From NCBI GenBank assembly GCA_963786955.1, contig CAWBAT010000005.1, positions 1,664,001 to 1,728,000 of the forward strand: a DNA stretch of 64,000 nucleotides. The letters run 5' to 3'. Positions 41,914-52,256 of this stretch are shown here, in pieces. The notes under the pieces are model-generated. The model did no database searches and was not told where the DNA came from. It worked only from the letters and a program-made list of their open reading frames with translations. The position numbers and the translations under genes were made by a program. This DNA is from an uncultured Acidimicrobiia bacterium (lineage in GTDB: Bacteria; Acidobacteriota; Terriglobia; Versatilivoradales; Versatilivoraceae). How positions within the stretch are numbered: position 1 is the stretch's first letter; the number at the start of each line of letters is the position of its first letter.

Positions 41914-43358
41914 GTTACTGGCTTCGCCGCCCCCCCGATCTCGAGAGCCTCTTTCACCTGCTCCTGCGCGATCGCGTCTTTTGGACATGCACTGGCGATG
42001 GCGCAGCGGTTGCAGTCGACGCAGAGGTTGTAGCGTACCTTCAGCACGATGGATCCGAGTCCCAGGGGTTCCTTGCAGCCCTTGACGCATATCCCGCAGC
42101 CGTCGCATTTCTCTTCGTCAATGATGTATTCGTAGAAGTTGTTGGCCGGGTCCTCGGGATCGATCAGGCCGATCGGTTTGCGCTCGATCGCGTCCCGCGG
42201 GCAAAGCTTCTCACTCGGCAGGCCCTTCTCGTCCACTGCGCTCTTGATGTTGTAGTAGGCGGGACAAATGTAGCAGCGGCCGCACTTGGAGAAGTTATTC
42301 ACCGCCCGAACGGCGGACTGCGACACGACGCACTCGCTCGTGCATAGGGTGCACACTTGGGCGCCCACCTCGCCGAGCCGGCTGTTGACGCACTTAGCCG
42401 CGTCAACCTGCCAGACGATCTGCCCGTTCGCCTTTTTAACCAGGTAGCCGGCACCGCCGGCAAACCCGAGAAGAACGGTGCCGCGAACCACCTTGCCCAA
42501 TGCGTCCCGTCTGGTAATCTCTTCGCTCATGGTCTGTGCGTCTTCTTCAAAAGCGAGGATCTCGAGCCTCACGGTGTCGGCGACATAGACCCGGCCGCGG
42601 GTGTCCACCGCGATATCCATGTTCTTGCAGTTGGGGTCGAACACGACCGTCGCAATCACCGAAAGCAGCTTCCCTTGGGAATCATAGACCTTCGCGCGCG
42701 GCTCGGCCTTCTCCGTGACATAGATGCGGTTGCGGCCGACGACGGTCACATTCGTCGGATTGCAGCAGCCTGAAAACCCCGACGGATCCAGCCCGTCGAA
42801 GCGGCCGATATGCCCCAGCAAATGGTCCTCCGGTGTGTAGCGCTCCACGCGGTGCTTGCCGGGATTCGCGGCGTGGATGATACCGTCGGCATCCACACTG
42901 AAATCCAGGACGCCGTTCGGGATCAGGAACCCCTGCATCCGGTTGTTCTTGCCGATATTGTTGAGAAACTTCCCGCCTGTCTCATAACGGCGTATCGCAC
43001 GGTCATTGGCGTCACCTATCAACACGCTGCTTCCGAGAAACCCGATCGCCGTCACGCGCCCGAGCCGCTCAGCGTCGCTCCACCTGTCCGCCAGGCGACC
43101 CTCGCCGTCGAAGATTTCCACCTGGCCCGCCTGGCCCACATACACCGAACCGTCGGCCGCAACCGCCACCGCATATCCCGGTTTGGAGGTGGGCCAACGC
43201 CGCTGGACCCTCCCGTCGGGGTCGAAGATCTTTAACTCTGAATCTCCGACGGCGTACAGGCGATTCCGCCCGTCCACGGCGATACTGCGTAATGTCTGGA
43301 CGAAGCGATCGGAGGCGTCTCCCTTCCCGCTGATGACTTGAACTTGCTTGTACTTCAT
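41910..43358 (-). CDS. NHL-repeat beta-propeller read in frame with a Tat-type polyferredoxin (NapG/MauM-like; internal ATG at 42530)
   Basis: NHL repeats (AVAVAADGSVYV, DIAVDTRGRVYVAD) with GFSGCCNP. Then MSEEITRRDALG..TM.. and CGRCYICP, CDGCGICV.GC, CVDCNRC...ACP. Confidence 0.85.
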   Translation of the reverse strand: MKYKQVQVISGKGDASDRFVQTLRSIAVDGRNRLYAVGDSELKIFDPDGRVQRRWPTSKPGYAVAVAADGSVYVGQAGQVEIFDGEGRLADRWSDAERLGRVTAIGFLGSSVLIGDANDRAIRRYETGGKFLNNIGKNNRMQGFLIPNGVLDFSVDADGIIHAANPGKHRVERYTPEDHLLGHIGRFDGLDPSGFSGCCNPTNVTVVGRNRIYVTEKAEPRAKVYDSQGKLLSVIATVVFDPNCKNMDIAVDTRGRVYVADTVRLEILAFEEDAQTMSEEITRRDALGKVVRGTVLLGFAGGAGYLVKKANGQIVWQVDAAKCVNSRLGEVGAQVCTLCTSECVVSQSAVRAVNNFSKCGRCYICPAYYNIKSAVDEKGLPSEKLCPRDAIERKPIGLIDPEDPANNFYEYIIDEEKCDGCGICVKGCKEPLGLGSIVLKVRYNLCVDCNRCAIASACPKDAIAQEQVKEALEIGGAAKPVT

Positions 43359-43368
43359 AACAGCCTCC

Positions 43369-44628
43369 TTACTTGCCTCGCACGTCCAGGCACACCATTT
43401 TTGTCAGGTCCCGCAGGATGAGCTTGCCGTCCGACAGGGCCATTGGTCCCCAGACATCCGGGCCGCTGAGCACCTGGGCGCTGGCGAGTTCCTTGTACGC
43501 GGTCGTGTTCGCCTCCACCAGCCGGAGCATTCCGGTCTTGCCATCGAGAACAAAGAACATTCCGTCGGCCAGCAGGAAACTTCCCAGGTCAAAAGAGGCC
43601 TTACCGTCGCTTGTCCAGACCTCCTTGCCGTCCAGGCTCAAGCAGGTGAACAAACCTCTTCGCTTCTTTCCAACGGCGAACAGGTGACCTTTGTACACAA
43701 TGGGCGTGTGGACTTCGGAGTTCCACTCGTTGTTCTTCATGTCGAACACGCTCTCGGCATGGAAGCTGCCGCCGTTCGATTGCACCCGGACCATGACACT
43801 GCCGGCGTCATAGCTGGCGGTCATGAAAACACACTGTCCGTCGACCGCCAAAGGCGAAGGTGCAACGGCCACGTTGAACTTTCGCGGGTATTCCCACAAC
43901 AGTTTTCCGTCCTTGGCCGATACCCCGAGTGGGCCGTTCAGCGTGCCCCAGAGATACTGCTTGACGCCTCCAAGAACGGCCGGCATGACCGAGGCATGCG
44001 AGAGCACCAATTTACCCGGGTTGGGAGTCCGCCAGATTTCCTTGCCCGTGGCTTTGTCGAGGGCGACCATGATTGCATCCCCGCCGGTGGCGATGATAAT
44101 CCGATCCTCCTCCATTAAGGGGTTCTGGCCGTTGTACCAGGGGGGGATCACGGTCTTGTATTCGGTGACCAGGTTCTTGGCCCAAAGCTGCTTCCCGGTC
44201 CTTGCGTCCAGGCAATGGAGCCCGAATTTTGGGTCAATCGAAAAGACGTACCTGCCATCCACCGCTGGCACAGTGCGTGTAATGGCGTGGTTGGGGCGAA
44301 TAACACGGGCCTCTCTGTAGCTCCAAATCACCTTACCCGTAGTCAGGAACCGGCAATGAACGCCCCACTCGTTTTTAGCCTCATCATAATCGTTATGGTA
44401 GACGCGGCCTCCCACGATCGCCGCGCCCGCGTAACCTTGGGCGACCGGAATGGTCCACAACACCTTTGGCCCACTTGTAGGCCATTGGTGTAGCAAGCCC
44501 ATCTCTTTGGATATGTTGTCTCGGGCAGGCCCACGGAACTGCGGCCAGTCCGCCCCCTGAACTGCCGGCATAAGAGCGGCGATCGCCACGCAGCTGAGAC
44601 TGATGCGCCAGGTTCGCCATGTGGGCAT
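43369..44628 (-). CDS. Secreted PQQ-like (BamB-type) beta-propeller protein
   Basis: Signal peptide, ADWPQFRGP.RDN, repeated LDA.TGK.LW blades; GAGGAG RBS. Confidence 0.9.
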   Translation of the reverse strand: MPTWRTWRISLSCVAIAALMPAVQGADWPQFRGPARDNISKEMGLLHQWPTSGPKVLWTIPVAQGYAGAAIVGGRVYHNDYDEAKNEWGVHCRFLTTGKVIWSYREARVIRPNHAITRTVPAVDGRYVFSIDPKFGLHCLDARTGKQLWAKNLVTEYKTVIPPWYNGQNPLMEEDRIIIATGGDAIMVALDKATGKEIWRTPNPGKLVLSHASVMPAVLGGVKQYLWGTLNGPLGVSAKDGKLLWEYPRKFNVAVAPSPLAVDGQCVFMTASYDAGSVMVRVQSNGGSFHAESVFDMKNNEWNSEVHTPIVYKGHLFAVGKKRRGLFTCLSLDGKEVWTSDGKASFDLGSFLLADGMFFVLDGKTGMLRLVEANTTAYKELASAQVLSGPDVWGPMALSDGKLILRDLTKMVCLDVRGK

Positions 44629-44674
44629 TGGAATGTCTCCTCGGGGCCCTCCCAGTGGATACAGCACACTCTCA

Positions 44675-44690
44675 AGCAATTCTGATGCCG
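44675..44690 (-). promoter_or_regulatory. sigma54 (-24/-12) promoter of the propeller/oxidoreductase operon
   Basis: Minus strand CGGCAT-CAGAA-TTGCT (GG-N10-GC), 47 nt upstream of ATG 44628. IHF-consensus AATCAATGGCTTA at 44840-44852. Confidence 0.6.
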
Positions 44691-44947
44691 AATCTAGCCA
44701 GTCGAACCGCTAAAAGCCTTTCGTCCACCCGAAGGAAGTCTTAGTCTTTGATTTCTAAGAAATTAGAAAAGTTGTGAAGGCTGTCCGCCTCTGTAAGGTA
44801 TTGCGTAGTGTGGGAAAGATCCTCTTATAGACGGTTGAAAATCAATGGCTTAGCTAATACGGGTTTTTGCGGAGCACAACTGGCCGAGGCTACGAATTGT
44901 TCCGGTAACCAATGCGATTTGGCCGGTCAGATCGAATGGATTGGAAT

Positions 44948-45980
44948 TCACGGCTTCAGGATTACCTTCATGAGGTTGGGCTCCTGGCGATAGAGCCGGT
45001 CGAACCACGCTGGCCCTTCGGCCAGCGGAACTACTGCCGTGATGAGCGACTCAACCTTGATCACGCCTTTTGACATCAGATTGATACAAACGGGATACTC
45101 ACCGCTCGACGCACAGGAACCCTGCAGGCGGATCTGCTTTGTCACTACCACTTGCAGCGGTAAGTCGATGGATGGTGCCAGGTTGCCGACCAGTGTGACG
45201 GCGCCGCCCTTGCGAACACTCTGAATCAAGACCTGGATTGGATCGGTCGTGCCCACGCACTCGATAGCCACATCCGCTCCGCGGCCGTCCGTCAGCTCAC
45301 GAATCCTCTCGGCCGGGTCGCCTGTCTTCGAGTTGAGGACATCCGTGGCACCCAGCTTGAGCGCGCGCTCGAGCTTGGCGTCATCCAGATCGAAAGCGAT
45401 CACACGCGGGCAACCAGCGGCTCGTAGGGCCTGGATCGTGAGTAAACCAATCATCCCGGCGCCGGCTACGACGCCCGTATCTCCCAACTGAACAGGCGTA
45501 ATCCGCACGGCGTGGACCGCCACGGAAACGGCCTCAATGAGTGCGGCGTGCTCAAATTGGAAATGGTCCGGAAGCCGATACACGATGCGGCGGGGAACCG
45601 ACACAAACTCGGCAAAAGCGCCGTGGCGGCGATAACTTCCCGGCGAAACGCCCAACACCTCGCGGTTGTCACAGAGATTCAATTCGCCCCGGATGCAATA
45701 GATAGCAGTGCCCACAGTAAACGGTAGAGTCGAAAGTAACGCGGTCGCCTTCCTGAAGGTCATGCACGTTCGTGCCGGTCTTCGCAATTTGACCGGCGGC
45801 TTCATGTCCCATGACGATCGGCGGGACTCGCCGCCCGGTTCGACCGTCCATCCCATGAACGTCGCTTCCGCAGATACCGCACGCCTTCACGCGCACCAAC
45901 ACGTCGTCGGGGCCAATGCCCGGGATCGGCATCTCGACTACTTCCAACTTCATGTATTCTTTAAGCAGAAGCGCATTCAT
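44948..45980 (-). CDS. Zn-dependent sugar-alcohol dehydrogenase (galactitol-1-P/sorbitol DH family), frameshift at about 45710
   Basis: CGICGSD, GHE, YCG.C..C...C, GAGMIG, split between ORFs 45669-46004 and 44948-45856. Confidence 0.9.
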
Positions 45981-46113
45981 CGTTTCGAAGTGAACTTCCC
46001 GCACTTATTTTTCTTCAGGAAACCGTCTGTGTCCAAGAACTCGAAGTGACCCGAAAGCCATGCCGCCACGGAATGGGTTGCCAAAATTCTTCTATAAATC
46101 CGGACTCATAATG

Positions 46114-47358
46114 TCATTTTCCTTTGGGATTCTCAACTGCCTCGGCGGAGACTTCTGATTTGTAATCCCGCCAGAGCCAGCGCAGCGAATCTGGCAAAAT
46201 TGCCCGACCGTGCAGGTTGTTGTGATACCCCTTGCCCATGACGAACCTGTAGTCATAGCCCGCAAATTTGAGGGCTCGATCCATTTGCTGGTTGGCTAGC
46301 GGCCAGTTGCCGTGCACGTTGTCGAGATCGTTCTCTCCATCTTGAAGAAAGACGCGGATCGCTTTCTTGGGTGTTTTGCGGATGAGAGCAGGGTAATTGT
46401 GGCCGCCTTCGCGTAACGTAGCGCCGCTGGCGACGTTGGCGAAGCTTCCAACCCAACTCAGCACTTTGCTAAACTCGTCGGGGCGTTCCCAGGCCACCGT
46501 GAAGGCGCAAATACCCCCACTGCTGATCCCGCCTATGGCTCGGCCGGCCGCATCGTGGCGCAGTTTTACAGTCTTTTCCGTTTCCGGTAGAATCTCAGCC
46601 AAGATGAATCGGGCATACTGGTCTGAAAGTGTGTCGTACTCGAAATTGCGGTTAGATCGTCCGTCTTTAAGAACACCCGGAGCAACGAAGATACCCACCA
46701 TTACAGGGATCTCCCCTTTCGCGATCAGATTATCGAAAACTATCGGAACGAAGTCTTTGTAGCCCTTCCCATCCTGAAACACCATGACACAGGCCGGATT
46801 CTCCGGCTGGTACTGGGCTGGCACGTAGAGCCACCATTCTCGAGTAGTCCCTTCGAAGATCCGGCTGCTCCACTGGGGCATCTCAGTCACCTTACCTTTT
46901 GGGACTCCTGGTTTCTCGAGGCTGTCCGGATCCGGCTTATAAATCTCTAGCGGAGCGCTTGCAATTCGTTTGCCGCCAACCTCATAGTGAAAAAGCTGCA
47001 CGGTCTGGTCCGGGAAGGCGACCACTGCAGCATACACGCCTGTAGAACCAACCGGCGTTAGCTTAAACGCCTTTCGGCCGTCGTCTGAAACCACTCGTGG
47101 AGCAGCAGCACCACCACTGACTTCAATAGCCCAGGCTGCCAGCTTACCTTCTACTTTGGGTGCGGGTCCCTTTTGCAGTTTTTCTTTGCCGCCAAAGGAC
47201 TGACGGATCTGTTCAGCCAGTTGCTCAGCGTGAGTTCCCGTTGGTTTGGCTTTCAAAGCTGCCCGTAATGACTCAGGCGTGAGTGACGTTGCAGACTGAC
47301 CAATCGAAGACAATGGAATCGCGAGAATCAGAGCGAAACCACCCCAGAATCGTTTCAT
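46114..47358 (-). CDS. Secreted enterochelin-esterase-like alpha/beta hydrolase
   Basis: LYVPAQY, VFQDG, R.FEYD, GISSGG nucleophile elbow, GNWPLAN. Confidence 0.88.
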   Translation of the reverse strand: MKRFWGGFALILAIPLSSIGQSATSLTPESLRAALKAKPTGTHAEQLAEQIRQSFGGKEKLQKGPAPKVEGKLAAWAIEVSGGAAAPRVVSDDGRKAFKLTPVGSTGVYAAVVAFPDQTVQLFHYEVGGKRIASAPLEIYKPDPDSLEKPGVPKGKVTEMPQWSSRIFEGTTREWWLYVPAQYQPENPACVMVFQDGKGYKDFVPIVFDNLIAKGEIPVMVGIFVAPGVLKDGRSNRNFEYDTLSDQYARFILAEILPETEKTVKLRHDAAGRAIGGISSGGICAFTVAWERPDEFSKVLSWVGSFANVASGATLREGGHNYPALIRKTPKKAIRVFLQDGENDLDNVHGNWPLANQQMDRALKFAGYDYRFVMGKGYHNNLHGRAILPDSLRWLWRDYKSEVSAEAVENPKGK

Positions 47359-47529
47359 TAAATTCTCCGCGGCATCGAGTTTAATCACGGTGCTTCCGCG
47401 ATCCATTGTTCGTAGGGCGATTGTAGCTCATTTAAGGGTTCGGATTTGAGACTCAATTTTAGCCTATTCAGGCGCCCCAACAGCACGGTGCAAAGCCATG
47501 CTCTCCTGAACCAGATCCTGCCGCCTTCT

Positions 47530-47706
47530 CCAGGCTGCATTTCTCACCACGAATTGGATTTCCTGGGAGCGCAGGCTTCCAGCCTGCATCTTCGTCGAAT
47601 TTGACCCAATCCACGAAGGACAGCGGGAAGGGACAGAGCCGGCAAGATGCCGGCGGTCCCAGGGGTTGCCAGCTTTCCCGGTGCGCCGGTGAGAAACCCG
47701 GACTAG
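47530..47706. mobile_element. MITE-like element, family D, enclosing an inverted REP doublet
   Basis: Ends ..TTTCTCACC / GGTGAGAAA..; internal CCTGGGAGCGCAGGCTTCCAGCCTGC and GCCGGCAAGATGCCGGCGGTCCCAGG. Confidence 0.7.
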
Positions 47707-47981
47707 GCTGCAACCATCAATATTCCTAGCCATCGAAGTGTCCCAATCACGGGCAGTCGTGTGGAGGGGAGGCTAAATAATCAATCAATGGTTTTCAAGC
47801 CGATGAAATTATAGCCGGAAACTGGTAATTAAAGGTCGGTTTAAGGTCAGGATCGATTGGAAGAATTTCTGACCGAAAGTCAGAAGTTGAAGGGTAAGAG
47901 AAACTCCATCTTTCGACGGAGTTTCGTCTTGTCAAATGGAAAGAGCAAGAGGCTCGAGGAAAATGATGAATGCCAGACTGG

Positions 47982-48578
47982 CTACAGCTTAAACTTTACC
48001 ACCGGCCCGCTGGTTTTTTTCACCTTGAGTCTGACGGTCACGTCAACATGGTCGGAAATTTTGACAAAGGGAATGCCCTTGTTCATCCCGAAGTCCTTAC
48101 GGTTGAAGCTCATTGTCCCATTAATCGTGCCTTGGCCTGACCCCTTCTTCCCTTCAAGTGTTAACGTGAGCGTCTCGGTTTTAGTCACACCGCGTATCGT
48201 AAAGTCGCCGGTCAACACAATGGTGTTGGGACCGGTCTGTTCAGACTTCTTAGAAACAAATGTGATCAACGGATCCTGTTCGGCGTTGAAGAAGTCTTTG
48301 CCTTTCAATTTGCCGTCCTTCATGCCACTTCCGGTATTCACGCTGTCTGCTTGAATCTTGAGGGTCAAAACTCCTGTTTCCACATCAGGAGATGTGAATG
48401 TAAGCGTGGAGTCCCACTTGGCGAAGGTCCCTTTTATAGACACTGACGCATCCACAAAGAACGTAACTGAGCTGCTTTCCGGCGTAACCATGAAAACAGG
48501 AGCCTCTGCTCGGGTTACTGACGGGAGCACGGCGGACGTTAAAAAACAACAGATGATAATAGTTAATGTTTTTCTCAT
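47982..48578 (-). CDS. YceI family protein
   Basis: Signal peptide, S.VTF, ADSVNTG...D..L...DFF.....P.ITF.S, GDFTIRGVTK, RKDFGM. Confidence 0.92.
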   Translation of the reverse strand: MRKTLTIIICCFLTSAVLPSVTRAEAPVFMVTPESSSVTFFVDASVSIKGTFAKWDSTLTFTSPDVETGVLTLKIQADSVNTGSGMKDGKLKGKDFFNAEQDPLITFVSKKSEQTGPNTIVLTGDFTIRGVTKTETLTLTLEGKKGSGQGTINGTMSFNRKDFGMNKGIPFVKISDHVDVTVRLKVKKTSGPVVKFKL

Positions 48579-48639
48579 GGCGAATAATTTTACTTATCCT
48601 CGCTTCATTGTCAACCAGAAATTGCATTTATTTATTGTA

Positions 48640-48801
48640 ATGCGTTAGTTATGGGGGGAAATCCCTAAGGGCAAGACCTTCGGTGACGATTTGAGATTGT
48701 CGCTTCTGTAGCGGCTGAGTGGGTAGGGACGGACCGCCGGGCCGTCCGCGGCGCGCTCGGCGAGCGCGCCCTACCAGAAATTCCCCCGATAACTAACGCA
48801 T
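48640..48801. mobile_element. MITE-like element, family E, enclosing a GTAG REP doublet
   Basis: ATGCGTTAGTTATGGGGGGAA ... TTCCCCCGATAACTAACGCAT; internal GGTAGGGACGG...CGCGCCCTACC (48721-48775). Confidence 0.75.
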
Positions 48802-48893
48802 AACCATTTATTCCTTATCGATAGGGCTTCAAATCGAAAGGTGACTGAATATTTTTCTCTCGCTTCCGCAAGAAAGTGGCTGATTGGATCGTT

Positions 48894-51800
48894 TCATCCC
48901 AGCAGCAACTCCAGGTCTTCGCGCCGCAGGTTACGAATCAGGCTGCTATCTTCGTTTAGGATCGCATCGGCCAACTGCCGCTTGTTCTTTTGCAGTTCCA
49001 GGACTTTTTCTTCGACAGTATCCCGGGCGATCAGACGATATGCGAAAACCCGGCGGGGCTGGCCGATCCGGTGTGTCCGGTCGATTGCCTGAGCCTCCAC
49101 CGCGGGATTCCACCAGGGGTCAAGTAAGTAGACATATTCGGCTGCTGTGAGATTAAGCCCCAACCCCCCTGCCTTAAGACTGATGAGAAACAACTTGCAT
49201 TCAGAATCCTTTTGGAATCGTTCGACTTTGGCTGCCCGATCTCGAGTCTTTCCGTCCAGATATTCGTAAGGGACACGGTCCCCATCCAGCCGCTCGCGCA
49301 CGATGGAGAGAAAACTGGTGAACTGAGAAAAGACAAGCGCTTTGTGCCCCTCATCGATAACCTCGTTGAGTTGTGGAATTAGGATCTCCAACTTGGCGCT
49401 CGTTTCATCTCTCCGTGACTTGTCGACCAGGCCCGGATGGCATGCTGCCTGACGCAGACGGAGCAACGCTTCCAAGATAAGGATCTTGGCTTTTTGAATC
49501 CCGTCTCGCTCAACTCGCGCTAAGAGTGAATGGCGATAATAGTCGCGCAGCTCGTCATAGAGTTTCCGTTGGTGGGACTCCAGTTCACAGAACAGCGTCT
49601 GCTCCAACTTTTCGGGGAGGTCTTTGGCCACCTGCCCCTTGGTGCGACGCAGGATGAAGGGTTTCAGGGCCTTGCTTAAGAGGGCTCGAGTTTCCAGGTC
49701 AGGGTTTCGTGCGCCGTTGTCGGTAAACTTAAACACCGAAGACGTTCCCAGTAACCCAGGGTTGAGAAATTCAAACAGACTCCAGAGTTCTCCCAAGTGG
49801 TTTTCGATGGGCGTCCCACTCACTGCCAGTCGATGCTGTCCGCGCAATAATCGCGCAGCCTTAGCGGACTCGGTGCTGGCGTTCTTGATGGCTTGGGCCT
49901 CATCCAGGATGATGTAGTCGAACAAGACATCCTTCAAATGAAGCACATCCCGCCGCAGCGTGCCGTAGGTTGTGATCACCACGTCATACGAGTCAAAGGA
50001 ACTCCCATCGGAAGTGCGCCCCGTGCCGGTGTGGTCCAAGATCCGAAGGTTGGGGGTGAAGCGGGCTGCTTCCTGCTTCCAGTTAAAGACAAGAGATCGC
50101 GGCACAACCAAAAGCGAAGGACGAACCTTTTCACCTGAGTCCCGGCGATTGGCCCGCCGCGATTCTAACGCGGCCAGCACCTGCACCGTCTTGCCTAGCC
50201 CCATATCATCAGCCAGACAACCGCCAAAACCGAATCTTTCGAGAAAGTGCAGCCATCCGACTCCCTCGCTCTGATAGTGGCGCAATTTCCCTTTGAATCC
50301 ATCGGGAGGATCAACCGGCTCTATGCCTTCGAATCGCTGCAGCTCATCACGGGCTCGGGCAAAAACCGTGTCAAAGGTGGCCTCCGGCAAGCTGGCTAGC
50401 AAGGCATCCAGAAAGCCAACTTGGGCGCGACTGAACTGGACGTGATCATCGCGCGCCGCTCCTACTGAGGCGAGAATGTCTAATTTCTTTAGCATTTCTT
50501 CTGGCAGCAGACCAAAAGTCCCGTCATCCAGACGGACGATGTTTTCTCCCCGCTTCAATGCAGCCAGCAGGGAGGGTAACCTAACGGTCTGAGTTCCAAA
50601 ATTCAGCTCTCCATTGAGTTCAAACCAATCGATGCCCGAAGTGACCGAGATGTTGAATGCTCCTGCCTGCCGATAGAGTTTGCCTTCTGCCTCAACGTGC
50701 CAGCCCGCACTGACCAGTTTCCTCACTGCCCCTGGTAACTTCGCGGGAGCCAGTTCCAACTCGGGTTGGCCGCCGTAGGAAGAGTTAGGCAGGCGAAATC
50801 CTTGTTGAGTCAGGCATTCCAAGGCAGAATATTCGGCGTCTGAATCGCGTAGTATCAGGCATCGGCGCGCAGTGTGAAAAATTCCCCGCCCCGGCTGGTG
50901 ATAAGAAACCTTGGCCCCGTCGTAGTTGAATTCCAGGCTGGCTCGCAGTCGGGCGGGACCCCATTGTTTTGGCTGCGGCATACGCACTCGCAAATGGGGT
51001 TGCGGCTTCACCCAAATCTCTTCGATCCTCCACTCTTCAGGCAAATCCAGTCGCGGACACTGGGGCAACTGAATCAGCTCCTTGAAGAATTCGTCCTTCT
51101 GGACCACGGGGACCATAAAGGAGCCGATTTGCCGAAGAAGGGCAATCCAGGCAAAGGCGCCGCAATCATCTAACTTGGCTACCTCTTTCAAATTGAATAC
51201 CAGCCCGCCAGCCAACAGCAATGCTGGCTCAGACAGGTTTTGTCTTTCTCCGCCACGCTTCAAGAACCCTCGAATCAGGATTTGTTGAACGTTTGATTTA
51301 TCAATGTCACACTGAAGTCCGAACTCCCAGGCAGGCCCGTCGTCCCATTCCAGCGGCGCCGCTTCCAAAGTCTGAGGCGCAAGACGCAGGAAGCACCGTT
51401 TCCTTTCACAAATCTTCGGAAGGATGGTCTGTTGTAACAGTTGCGAAAGCCGATATCGGCAAGGGGAGCTTCCATAGCCATAAGAATGGCCACTATCCCA
51501 CTCATTCCTAGCGCCCTGCAACAGCGTCAAAATCTCCCGATCCATCGGGTCTGGCAACTGAGGGACAAGTCTTGGGGAAATCCCATAAGACTTAGGCTTA
51601 CCCCAGTCTCCATTCATCTTTCGCTCCCGGTAGAGCACTTCCAGGATGAGCTCTCCCTGGATTTTGCTTGTTGGGACATCGATAACATACAGGAGTTCTC
51701 TGCCCGCAGGACACACTGCGGAGGACCCGTCGTAGCTTGGGCCCATAGCCTGAAGGAGGCTGCTCAACTGGCTTTTCCAAACTGGAGGCTTGGCTGGCTT

Positions 51801-52256
51801 TGGCTTTAATGTGGTGGGTTCTGATCTCAGTGAGGGCTTGGGTGAGTCAAACCCAGCAACCTTGTACGGAAGGACTCCCGGATTTTCCCAGGTTTCTTCG
51901 TCCAAATCACCATCACGCCCCTCTTCGTAGTGCAGAAGGTTTGCGACCACAAGGTCGACATCATCCGTCAGTTCCAATCGCCTGAAGTGGCCGGCTTTTT
52001 CAGCAGCCAGAATTGTAGCCCAGATGTGTTTGCATGGAGAGTCGCTCGAATCCATGTAAGGACAGGTGCAATCGACTACAAAGTTCGTGCCTTTTAAGGA
52101 AAGGGACACATCATAAGGGGCACCTCCGATTACTTTAGCTTCCACTTCCTCATCGGAGCTGTGAGTGATGCTCACTGCACTACGATAGAAATAGTTATTG
52201 CCCCGATTGCGAATGGATTTGGAGAAGAAGCCTGCAAGGTAAGCAGAAAGAGCCAT
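48894..52256 (-). CDS. SNF2-family helicase with an N-terminal SWIM zinc finger
   Basis: CTCP...CKH; LADDMGLGKT, LDEAQ, SGTPIEN, LRRTK, FSQF, SLKAGG.GLNL, QA.DR.HRIGQ. Confidence 0.96.
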   Translation of the reverse strand: MALSAYLAGFFSKSIRNRGNNYFYRSAVSITHSSDEEVEAKVIGGAPYDVSLSLKGTNFVVDCTCPYMDSSDSPCKHIWATILAAEKAGHFRRLELTDDVDLVVANLLHYEEGRDGDLDEETWENPGVLPYKVAGFDSPKPSLRSEPTTLKPKPAKPPVWKSQLSSLLQAMGPSYDGSSAVCPAGRELLYVIDVPTSKIQGELILEVLYRERKMNGDWGKPKSYGISPRLVPQLPDPMDREILTLLQGARNEWDSGHSYGYGSSPCRYRLSQLLQQTILPKICERKRCFLRLAPQTLEAAPLEWDDGPAWEFGLQCDIDKSNVQQILIRGFLKRGGERQNLSEPALLLAGGLVFNLKEVAKLDDCGAFAWIALLRQIGSFMVPVVQKDEFFKELIQLPQCPRLDLPEEWRIEEIWVKPQPHLRVRMPQPKQWGPARLRASLEFNYDGAKVSYHQPGRGIFHTARRCLILRDSDAEYSALECLTQQGFRLPNSSYGGQPELELAPAKLPGAVRKLVSAGWHVEAEGKLYRQAGAFNISVTSGIDWFELNGELNFGTQTVRLPSLLAALKRGENIVRLDDGTFGLLPEEMLKKLDILASVGAARDDHVQFSRAQVGFLDALLASLPEATFDTVFARARDELQRFEGIEPVDPPDGFKGKLRHYQSEGVGWLHFLERFGFGGCLADDMGLGKTVQVLAALESRRANRRDSGEKVRPSLLVVPRSLVFNWKQEAARFTPNLRILDHTGTGRTSDGSSFDSYDVVITTYGTLRRDVLHLKDVLFDYIILDEAQAIKNASTESAKAARLLRGQHRLAVSGTPIENHLGELWSLFEFLNPGLLGTSSVFKFTDNGARNPDLETRALLSKALKPFILRRTKGQVAKDLPEKLEQTLFCELESHQRKLYDELRDYYRHSLLARVERDGIQKAKILILEALLRLRQAACHPGLVDKSRRDETSAKLEILIPQLNEVIDEGHKALVFSQFTSFLSIVRERLDGDRVPYEYLDGKTRDRAAKVERFQKDSECKLFLISLKAGGLGLNLTAAEYVYLLDPWWNPAVEAQAIDRTHRIGQPRRVFAYRLIARDTVEEKVLELQKNKRQLADAILNEDSSLIRNLRREDLELLLG

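Noticed and set aside
43369-44628. True PQQ-dependent dehydrogenase or BamB
   Set aside because: Only generic propeller repeats are visible; no recognisable PQQ/Ca-binding motifs, no lipobox and no bam context.
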